NCBI GenBank assembly: GCA_965112735.1
Contig: OZ218963.1
Span: 2,108,001-2,172,000 of the forward strand
DNA length: 64,000 nt
Reading direction: 5' to 3'
Source: Phaeosaccion multiseriatum
Taxonomy: Eukaryota; Protista; Ochrophyta, other classes
The position numbers and the translations under genes are program-made. Position 1 is the first letter of the stretch; every line of letters begins with the position of its first letter. Under the pieces are notes generated by a model, which was not told the DNA's origin, ran no database searches, and saw nothing but the letters and a program-made list of their open reading frames with translations. Below, piece after piece: positions 14,401 through 23,636 of this stretch.

Positions 14401-16771
14401 CCGGAAACCGCCCACAAGGACTTCCGTCTGTGGCTCACCTCCATGCCTTGCGTGGAGTTCCCTGTATCAATTCTTCAGTCCGGTGTGAAGATGACCAACG
14501 AGCCCCCCAAGGGCCTCAAGGCCAATCTCAAGAGTGCGTACTACAAGCTCGACGACACCGCCCTGGAGGCCACGAGCAGGCCTGATGTGTACAAAAAGCT
14601 TCTCTTTGCCCTCTGCTTCTTCCACGCTAACGTGCAGGTGGGTCGGGGTGGGCATGTGTGTGCGTGTTGGTGTGAGGGTGTAGGTGTTTGTGGGTGGGTG
14701 GGCGGGTGGGTAGGTGGGTAGGTGGGTAGGTGGGTAGGTTGGTGGTACAGGCCAGGAAGTGTGATACAGAGGAAGACCAAAGCAAAGCAGAGAAGACGAC
14801 ACCGCCGCCGCTATCCTTGCCAAAAGTGTCTCTCATCCCGTCCTCCCCTCTCCTTGTTGTTACGCCCATCATCAGGAACGGAGAAAGTTCGGGCCATTGG
14901 GATGGAACGTTCCGTACGAATTCAACGAGACCGATTTGGACATTAGCAAGGGCCAGTTGGAGATCTTCCTCGACAGTTACGACTTTGTTCCGTACCGCGT
15001 GCTGAACTTCCTGACGTCGTACATCAACTACGGCGGTCGAGTGACGGACTACATTGATCTGCGCACCATTGATGTCATCATGCGACAGTTCTACACAGAG
15101 GAGGTGCTGCAGCCTGACTACAGCTTCGACGCTCACGGGTAAGGGAGGGAGGGAGGGAGTGATGGAGGAGGGAGGGAGGGAGGGAGGGACGGAGGAAGGG
15201 AGTGAGTGAGCGAGTGAGTAAGTGAGTGAGTGAGTGAGTGAGGGTGGGAGGTGCGCACCAATAGTTTCTTACATGATCCCCTCCTCCCCCTCCCCCTCCT
15301 TCCGCCCACTCCTCGAACAACCCCAAACCACCACAACGTCAGCGTGTACACGTCGCCTGACTTTGGTAAGAGCGGCGCAGGCGGTGAAGAGCAGCACGCT
15401 TCGGCACATAGGGCCTACATGGAACACATTGAGGTGTGTGTGTATGCTATTTGTGTATGCGTGTGTGCGTGTGTGTGTGAGCGTGTGAGCGCGTGTGTGC
15501 GTGTGTGCGTGTGTGTGCATGCGTGTGTGCGTGTGTGAATGTGTGTATATGCACAGGATGATGGTGGACCTTTAACGTACCAAAGAAGAAACACTTCTTT
15601 TTTCCCCCTTCTCGACATTTCCTTTTCCTCTCTCTTTCTATATATACTTACTATAAATTATATGTATATATATGTGTGTGTGTGTGTGTGCGCGCGTTTG
15701 TGGTGCCGCTCTGCCCGCTCCCCCGGCCCGCCGTCTCAGACGCTTCCCTTGACCGCGGGGCCTGGAGTGTTTGGCATGCACGAGAACGCCAACATGAGCT
15801 GCGCCCTCGCGGAGACTTTCTCCATCTTCAACACCATCACCTCCATGGAGGCAGGGGGCGGCGGCGGAGGAGGAGCCGGGGGCTTGGAGGCAGTTGTGGC
15901 GGCCACCGCGAAGGACATTCAGGACAAAATCGCAAAGAGGGGCGAGTTCGATATCGAGGCCATCACCATGCAGTACCCCGTTGAGTATAACGAGAGCATG
16001 AACACTGTGCTCGTGCAGGAGTGCATTCGGTACAACAAGGTGAGTGGGTCGAGGGAGGACATGTGGAGCAGGTATATGGGCCGGCAGGCGACTCCAAGAG
16101 GGCGGACCGCGATATCGGGCCGCGTGTGCAAGAGCTTGATGGCGTTCGATGCGCCCTCCCCCCCCCCCCCCGCCCCTGCTCTTTATGGAACCGTTCTCTT
16201 TGGTCGCGCAGTCCCAACACCCACACATTGTCCCCCCTGCCTGCCCCTCCATTCCCCTCCCTGCCCCACGCAGCTCATCTCGGAGGTGCTTCGAACCCTT
16301 CCTGCCCTACGGGCTGCCCTAGGTGGCCTCGTGGTCATGTCGGCGGAGCTTGAGGCCATTAGCAATGCTGTTGCCGTCAACGCCGTGCCCTCTTCGTGGG
16401 AGGCCAAGGTGGGTGAGGACGCGTTTGTTCTGTTTTGTCTGATTGATGTTCCCGCACGGTTGTTTATCCCCTGTCGCTCCCCTGCCGATGCAAGTACACG
16501 TGCGTTCCGTGGGTCGCTCCATGGTCCTATGCCTCCAAATCCGATCCTTCCTCCGGCCCGCCTGCTCCAGCTGCTTGGCGTGTGGAGTCTTCTACTATAA
16601 GCTATCGTCACCTCCTTTGTTCGCGAGACACACACTCGCTGCTCACTGCCACCCCACATATGGCGCTCTGTGCCTCCCCGCCTATATGCTTGCACTCCCA
16701 TTTTTGACGTCTTTTGAATGGATGCCTTGTCTGCCTGCCTGCCTGCCTGTCTGCCTGTCTGTCTATCTGCC

Positions 16772-16803
<32 letters not shown>

Positions 16804-16831
16804 CGCCTATCTGTCTGTCTGTCTGTCTGCC

Positions 16832-16879
<48 letters not shown>

Positions 16880-18019
16880 CGTTTGTGTGTGTGTGTGTGC
16901 CTGCCTGCCTGCCTGCCTCTGCCTTTATTAGGCCTACCCGTCGATGAAGCCCCTGTCGAGTTGGGTGGAAGACTTGGATGCTCGCCTCGCCTTCCTGCAA
17001 ATATGGCTCGACGGAGGGGTGCCCCCGGTGTTTTGGATATCGGGTTTCTACTTCCCTCAGGTGAGCGGCCTTACCCTGACCCACTTGAGTGGCGGAGTGT
17101 TAGGGAGCGAGAGGGGCGGGGGCAGGGGCCGTCTGGCGAGCCAACCGAAGGGGTACACTATTGCTTTGCCTCCTGTCTGCCTTTCTTCCCTCCCCTTTCC
17201 TTCCTTCCTCCCTCCCTTCCTTCCTTTCTTTCTTCCTTCCTTCCTCCCTCCCTTCCTTCCTTCCTTCCTTCCTTCCTTCCTTCCCTTCTTTCTTCCTTGC
17301 TTCCCCTGCCCATCTGCGCCCCGCCGCTCGAACTCTCCCCAATGAGCTTTCCCCTTGTGCTTTCTATACACGTCCATGCGTTGTGGTGTGTATCTCAGGC
17401 TTTCTTAACGGGCACCCTCCAAAACTACGCGAGGAAGCATCAAATGGCAATTGACACGGTGCGTGAACGAAACCTTTGATGACTGGCCTTTCTCTTGTCT
17501 GTTCGCACTCGCATGCAGCGCTCGCAGCCCTTTGCCCTTCTTCCATCCCTCTTCTGCTTGCCTAACCCTCTTATCTGTTGCACTTGTCGTTTGGGATTGT
17601 CCACCCTCCCTCAGGTCGCATTCAATTTCCTCATGGTTGAGACACCGTGGGAAGACATTCCCTCCCGACCGCCAGATGGGGCGTACATTCGCGGCTTGTT
17701 CCTGGAAGGAGCAAGGTGGGACGCCGAGCAGAGCTCCATCAATGATAGTAGACCCAAGCAGTTGTACACAGCGCTGCCTGTCATCCATCTCTCGCCGGAG
17801 CAGCACCGCAAGGAGCCCAGCGCGGGTGTGTATCGCTGCCCTGTATACAAGGTCTTATCGAGGAGAGGCACCCTTTCCACAACGGGCCACTCCACCAACT
17901 TCGTCATGTGGATCGACGTACCCTCGAAGCGGAAAGACACCATGAACAACCAGAACAAATCCGACCAGGAGGTTTGGATCAAGGCAGGAGTCGCCGCCTT
18001 CTGTCAGCTCAAGTTCTGA
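1..18019 (+). CDS. DNAH1: Axonemal inner-arm dynein heavy chain, DNAH1-like (5'-partial, over 30 exons; AAA1-AAA6, stalk/MTBD, C-terminal domain)
   Basis: Walker A motifs [12 protein letters not shown] (AAA1), GPTGGGKS (AAA2), GPTGTGKT (AAA3) and GVGGSGRQS (AAA4). Also [50 protein letters not shown] and [13 protein letters not shown]; stop at 18017-18019. Exons join in frame across GT-AG introns plus one GC-AG intron (e.g. 486-854, 1170-1428, 2075-2571, 2867-3016, 3169-3366 ... 17615-18019). The subfamily call rests on recalled similarity and is less certain than the dynein call. Confidence 0.93.
165..480 (+). repeat. Intronic (TCTG)n/(TCCA)n microsatellite
   Basis: Visible tandem tetranucleotides in the first dynein intron; a similar (TCTG)n tract lies at ~16730-16915. 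Confidence 0.95.
5335..5485 (+). repeat. Intronic (CAA)n tract directly upstream of a splice acceptor
   Basis: About 50 CAA units ending ...catcatacaccag|GCG. Confidence 0.95.
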
Positions 18020-18289
18020 GTACTGAGCCTCCGTCGCGAGTGAATGAATCGCTGCTGCTGGTTAAAGATAGAATTATGTAGGTAGTTTTGCGCTTAAGTG
18101 TTTAAAGCGAACTATTCTACCCCTGGCGCTCTTGACCGCGGCGAAAGTGTGAAGCAAGGTGTGGCGCTGTGCGTGGCGCTGGCCGGCCCCTGCGGCCCCA
18201 GCTGTTGGAAGTCGAGCCACAGAGTACCTTCCTTTCGAGAGATTGTGACCACGGTCAAGTGCCACGGTGCACATTTGTTCTTTGCATTT

Positions 18290-19634
18290 CTGTGATTTCG
18301 CGGTTGAGTGGCACTTTTGACGCCCCGTGATTTTTTTTTGACGCCAAATGACGATTACTTTGACGACGTTTGACGACTTTTGAACCCCTTTTTTACCCAC
18401 TTTAAAGCCCTATTTGACGCACTTTGACGCCCTTTGACGCCCTTTGACGCCCTTTTCCGTGATTTTGTTTTACGTGATTTTTTTTAGACGAAATTAAGGC
18501 GAATTAAGATACTGTCAATTTCAGTTCAAAACAGCACTTTGAAAGTTGGGGAGGAAAAAAAGGGAGACATTGGAAAAAAACTTGGGGGGTTCAGGAAAAG
18601 CCTCTACAGTCCCCCGCATAGCTTCTCTTGCAGCATAGAGCTCCACGGAGCTTCTAATCTCTCTTACAGCCTTGAGGTTTTGCTTTCTCACGAAGAGCGG
18701 AGCGAAATATGACGAGGTTGAAGTCTGGGAATATACTCCCCCCCCCTGCTGATTCTGCCGTCGGTGCAAGCACAAGATGTACAAGAAGCGGTGGAGGAAG
18801 TGTGGAGATAGTTCCTGCACCCCAGCAGCTCTCCTCTTGGGAATCTGTCTCGAAGAGGAGAAAGGACTCGGCGGGGAGCGAGGAACAAGGAGGTGAGGGG
18901 GGTTGTTGGCCGGGTGCAAGGCGGGACGGGGATAAGACGACACCGAGCTAAAGGGGGAGTACTCAGTGCTACTCAGGGACCCAGCGGGAGTAGTAGTGAC
19001 AGCAGCGACAACGAGGAGGAGGAGTTGGGGGGGCCGGGCAACCAGCAGCGGAGCAGCCGGGCAGCCAAGGCAGGGTAGAGCTACATGAGTATGTGTAATA
19101 TATATATTATATATACCTCACAGCCTTGAAGTGTTGCACAGTTAAGGGAAGGAGTTTCAAGGTGCAGGCAGTCACAGATCCGCAAAAGATCGGCCAGTTC
19201 CAGCTCTCAGGCCAGGCGGGAATCCTTCCATTGATGTCAAGTGGTTCGCCGAGCGAGTGCGGCGCTTTCTTGTCAGTGGAAAGGGACCAAAGCTGTTGGG
19301 GAGAAGGCGTCTAACGTCCTCACATACAGTGAGGATGGGCTCAGCATTGTTGAGTGGCCTGTCTATATTGTGCAGGCCCCTGCGCACAAGCGAGGTCTCG
19401 TGCAATTTTCTTCTGTGCCTCGTTGTCCTGGTACTTCTGGATTACCTTCCACCTAAATCGGTCAGAGTATGTATTCACTATGACTCCCACGCAGGTGAAT
19501 CCTACTCTTCCTGCTCTCTAGGGCACTGTAGAGGCTCTTCCTGAACCCCCCAAGTTTTTTTCCAATGTCTCGAGTTTTTTCCTCCCCAACTTTCCAAGTG
19601 CGGTTTTGAACTGAAATTGACAGTAAAGGGCGTC
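18290..19634. mobile_element. Truncated copy of MITE family A (terminus CTGTGATTTCGCGGTTGAGTGGCACTTTTGACGCCC), interrupted by element B
   Basis: 18290-18511 matches the 42742-43475 element in the opposite orientation. The host sequence resumes (AAGGGCGTC) at 19626-19634 after the insertion, then stops. Confidence 0.85.
18512..19623. mobile_element. Non-autonomous TIR DNA transposon B (1.1 kb, ~99-bp TIRs, TA TSD; Tc1/mariner-type by TSD)
   Basis: 18512-18610 (CTGTCAATTTCAGTTCAAAA...) is the reverse complement of 19525-19623 with about 6 mismatches. TA at 18510-11 and 19624-25. No transposase ORF recognised. Confidence 0.9.
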
Positions 19635-20006
19635 GGAGAATAATAGTGTATGCCAGCATATAGTCGCGTGCGAGAGAAATACCTCAGTTCTTTCTCTCTC
19701 CCACGACTACCCTGCCGGTCAAAACTTTCGAACTCAGAGGGGATGGAGAGTGTTGGGTTGGCTGCTATGGCTGAGGTGCTGGGTTGGCAGCTGTCCCCCA
19801 ATCAATCGTTGGAATTTCCGCTTTGTATTGACAGTTATTTACAACTATTTTACGTTATCTATTTACACGCACGCACACACATACACACAGTGACACACAC
19901 ACGCACGGACACTCACACGCAACCTCTCTCACACACCCACACCCACACCCACACCCACACACACACACCTCCCTCTCACACTTATTACCCTCCTACCCTG
20001 GTTGCA

Positions 20007-21356
20007 CTACCCTCCCCCCTCTGACCCTCTGTCAGCTCCTGAAGCCTCAGAAGCCGCTGCTCCTCTGCCTTCCTCTTGTCTAACGCCTTCCCACCAATAA
20101 CGACTCGGAGCCGCTCCTCTGTGAGACCCCCATAGATGCCAATACAGTCGATGTTGTAGGTACCTCCACCTCCAGCGAGGATGCGCCGTGACCTCCGAGG
20201 AGGAGGAGGAGGAGCACCCCCCCGCAGCCGCAGCGGTTGGTCCCGTTGTGCGGCAGCTATAGCACGCATGGCCACTCCATTGTGCACGTGAGCCAACTCC
20301 GTCGCAAACGATGACGCGACGGTTAAGTGTTGTACCTGTGAGTGAAGTGTAGTGAGGAGTGTGAGCCAACTTCGTTGCAATGGATGACGCGACAGTTAAG
20401 TGTTGTACCTGTGCTTGTGAGCCTCGGATCTGACGCTTAGCTCGGGATCGTTTGAGCACCGCTATGCGATGAGCGCGTGCTGCCTGTGCTCGTGTCGAAT
20501 CCTCTCCTCCATCGTGCTGTGTAGAAGAGGGAGTTGGAGCAGGACCTAGTGGAGGGCACCTACGAGGGTACCTACGAGCAAAGGCACGTAGGGCAACGCG
20601 TCGTGCACGTGCTTGTCGTGTGAGGCGATCCCGAGCGTCCTCTGCCTCTCTGCGACAGATACCGGCGCGGGCGCCAGCGCGGGCAGCAATGGCCCAAAGA
20701 TGGGCACTTTCAGCTTCGCGTGAGCCGCACTGAGCCTGGGTGAGGCTTTGCTGTAACGCAACGCGCCCGTCGTCGTCCCCAGTCCACTGCTGCAGACGGC
20801 GCGCACGGAGACGGACACGTATGTTCCACTGCCGCGTGACCCATTCCGCGCTGTGAACATCTGCCCTCGCCTGCGCCAGCAGCTCTTCATCCCCCTTGTC
20901 ATGCCCGGCTGAGGCTGCCCTCACTTGCGCCAGCAACTCTTCATCCACCTTGTCATCCTCGGCTGAGGCTGCCCTCACTTGCGCCAGCAGCGCTTCATCC
21001 ACCTTGTCATCCTCGGCTGATGCGACTGCTGGTGCTACTGCTGGTGCTACTGCAAGTGGAAGAGAGTGCTGAGGACATGATGGTCCCACACGATCTGCTA
21101 TCAACCAGTCCCCTTCGTCCCCCACGTCATCCTCCTCGTCCTCGTCTCGGCTGGTGTTAGTGTCGTTCTCAGCAGGGTCGACAGGGTGGATGAGCCACCC
21201 CTCCGATGTGCTCTCCTCCTTACAGCAGGCATACCCTAATCCAACTGCCATGGTCAGTCCTGCCGCAGGAAGAGCACGATATGAGAAGAGGTGGAAGTCA
21301 GAGACGCGGAAGCAGCAGCAACCGAGAAGGAAAGAGGCAGACGCACGGGGATCCAC
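20007..21356 (-). CDS. Unspliced 449-aa ORF inside HINE-like element 1, with three 18-aa UIM-like repeats
   Basis: Long open frame with repeats AEDDKVDEALLAQVRAAS / AEDDKVDEELLAQVRAAS / AGHDKGDEELLAQARAD. No recognised family; expression unknown. Confidence 0.35.
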   Translation of the reverse strand: MDPRASASFLLGCCCFRVSDFHLFSYRALPAAGLTMAVGLGYACCKEESTSEGWLIHPVDPAENDTNTSRDEDEEDDVGDEGDWLIADRVGPSCPQHSLPLAVAPAVAPAVASAEDDKVDEALLAQVRAASAEDDKVDEELLAQVRAASAGHDKGDEELLAQARADVHSAEWVTRQWNIRVRLRARRLQQWTGDDDGRVALQQSLTQAQCGSREAESAHLWAIAARAGARAGICRREAEDARDRLTRQARARRVALRAFARRYPRRCPPLGPAPTPSSTQHDGGEDSTRAQAARAHRIAVLKRSRAKRQIRGSQAQVQHLTVASSIATKLAHTPHYTSLTGTTLNRRVIVCDGVGSRAQWSGHACYSCRTTGPTAAAAGGCSSSSSSEVTAHPRWRWRYLQHRLYWHLWGSHRGAAPSRYWWEGVRQEEGRGAAASEASGADRGSEGGG

Positions 21357-21559
21357 AGGAGCAGCGCCTTGGGGATAGCTGTATCTCTCACCTCACAGCA
21401 GGATACGCTAATCCAACTGCCATGGTCAGTCTTCTTGCCGCAGGAAGAGCACGATATGAGAAGAGGTGGAAGTGAGAGACACGGGAGCAGCAGCAACCGA
21501 GAAGGAATGAGCCAGACGCACGGGGCTCCACAGGAGTGGCGCTTTGGGGATAGCTGTAT
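21222..21559. repeat. Tandem duplication, ~173-bp unit x2
   Basis: ACAGCAGG..ATAC.CTAATCCAACTGCCATGGTCAGTC starts at 21222 and again at 21395. Confidence 0.9.
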
Positions 21560-21935
21560 GTCTTTCTATTGCTATGTGTGGATGATTTGGTCGATTTGTC
21601 GATTTGATTTGGTGAATTTTGAACTCCCCCCCCCATGGCCATGAAATTTCTGCCCAAAGTGCTCGGAGCGCTGAGAGCGCAGAGCAGCGTTTCCTGAGCG
21701 CTCTGGAAAAATTTGGTGGAAAAGTCGATGGCCCAAATTTGGGGTGGGTGGGGGGGGGGGGGGAAATTTGAGAAATAGAGGAAACATCTCACATACGGTA
21801 AGATAGAAAGCGTACTCGCTACGCTCGCACGCGAAAAAAAAGAAGCTCCAGTTTCAGTTTCGGTTTCATTGGCCTTGCAGTAAGTCAATGGTTGTTTCGG
21901 GTGACCTCCTTTATCGATCATCAACACGCAAGACG

Positions 21936-23332
21936 ATGGCGTTCTTCGGATTGACTGCTCTGTGAGTGAATAGCTTACGCGTCGCAGCCATTATCACCGG
22001 CTTGCGGTCTCTCCCCTCCTTTGTTCGGCGGCTCAGACGGTTAAATTCCTCCCTTTTCCCCTGGCCGCGCGCCTCCCTCGCCCCTTTCCCCTCCCTTCTT
22101 TGCTGGTTCTCGTCTTACTCCTTGCGTACACTTTCCTCCCTTTCCTCGCTTCCTCCTTTTCTCCAATGATGAATCTAATATTCTGCAGTGGGCCTCAGAA
22201 CCAAATCAAGGCTTTGAAGAAGGAGCACTCTCTTCTTCAGGTCTTCACGCCCAAAGATGTGGCGGACGCATTTGGGAGAGTGGACACAGCTCGGGAAGGG
22301 TCCATTTCCGCTGGCCAGGTAGGAACTCTTTTCTCGCGGTCCATACGTGTTCAGCTCCGCCACACTTTCATCCAGCGTACACTCTGACAAATCCCTCTTG
22401 CCTTCCGTCCTTCCACCCCCCTCAAAACGCTGCTGCTGTCGCGTCTGGCACTGGCCCCGCCATGGAATACTAGTTGCCCGACTTCTTGACAGAGCTCTAC
22501 CACGGGGCCGCTAATCCAGGAGAGTTGCAAAGACTACAGGGCGAGTTTTGCGCTGGAGGAGGCACATCAGTAGCAGGCGCAGGACGGAGGATAAGTGATC
22601 AGGAGATTATCACTGGTATGGAGCGGTGAGTACTCCTGCTTCACACCCTTCTTCACATGAACGTGTTTGCGATGAAGCCCAACTTTCGATGAAGTCCACC
22701 TGTCCATCGGCTTCTCTTGCTCGGCACCCGCACCCGCTCCGAAGCAGTGACCTTCTCCGGCCTTGAGATGCCCCCCCCTAGCCCTCACCCTCCCACCCTC
22801 CCCCTCTTCGCACTCTTCTCTGCCCCTCGGTTCCCACGACGGTGTAGGATCCAGATGGGGCTCGAGCGCAGCACCAAGGAGAATCAGTACAAGGCGGTGG
22901 ACAAGAGCAGCGGGGAGCTCAGGGAGATGAACCGCCGCCACATTCGACCGCAGGAGGGTCCGGAGGACATGTACGTCGCCCCCCTCACCGCGACTCAGGA
23001 TATCGGCTGGCAGGCCACGCACGTAAGTATGGGATTCGTCACAGGGAGCTCGAACGTTTGCGTGGACCTGTGCGCCCTCCTCTTTGGAGTTCTCTTCTTT
23101 CTTCGCGAGTCTGTGCTCTGTTCCACTGCTTGAACACAAGGGCCTGACGACTCCTCCCGATCTATTTCCGCCTCTCTCTCTCTCTCTCTTGATTGCGTGT
23201 GCGTTTGTGGATCCCATCCTTTCTGCCCCTTCGTTACAGCCCAATCCGCATCGACAAGCAATTCGGGGCAAGAAGAGCTGCCCAGAGACCATCTACCAAA
23301 GTGAGCTTATCAAAAGCGGCATTTTCTACTGA
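21936..23332 (+). CDS. TEX49/SPMIP11-like (FAM183-type motif) ciliary microtubule inner protein with an EF-hand-like insert; 5 exons
   Basis: Exons 21936-21961, 22189-22318, 22474-22625, 22848-23022 and 23240-23332 splice in frame. N-terminus MAFFGLTALGPQN, EF-hand-like AFGRVDTAREGSISAGQL, motif GPEDMYVAPLTATQDIGW, C-terminus KKSCPETIYQSELIKSGIFY. Confidence 0.7.
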
Positions 23333-23636
23333 TAAGAGAGAGGAGAGAGAGAGAGTGAGAGGAGAGAGATGGAGGGGAGGCAGGGGTGAGCTAAGATGCT
23401 TTCCTGTCTGCTCACGTCATTCGGAGATTATCTGGACCAAACTAAGATGGCATGGTTGTACACATTAAATTACGAAATGAAGAAAGACAAAACACAACCC
23501 TTTCACTCCTCCCAATAGCTTCTGGTAAGGTAAGTGTTCAGACCCTCCTCTGCTCTTTGAGACGTCTGGCAAGGACAAGGCCGCCCGAGCGGAGCCCAAC
23601 GGAGGAAGAGAGGGCGAGGAAGGAGTTGAGGCTCCT

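Larger units (their letters stand above)
19643..21841 (-). mobile_element. Putative Helentron/HINE-like non-autonomous element 1 with cargo ORF
   Basis: 11-bp subTIR TCGCGTGCGAG (19664-74) / CTCGCACGCGA (21824-34). The minus-strand 5' end is a T-run plus subTIR overlapping a GCGTAGC hairpin. A small stem-loop (19649-60) lies outside the other subTIR. There is an internal 173-bp tandem duplication and an (AC)n tract. Confidence 0.6.

Noticed and set aside
18620-19520. Transposase in element B
   Set aside because: Only short low-complexity ORFs; no DDE/D or HTH motif recognised.
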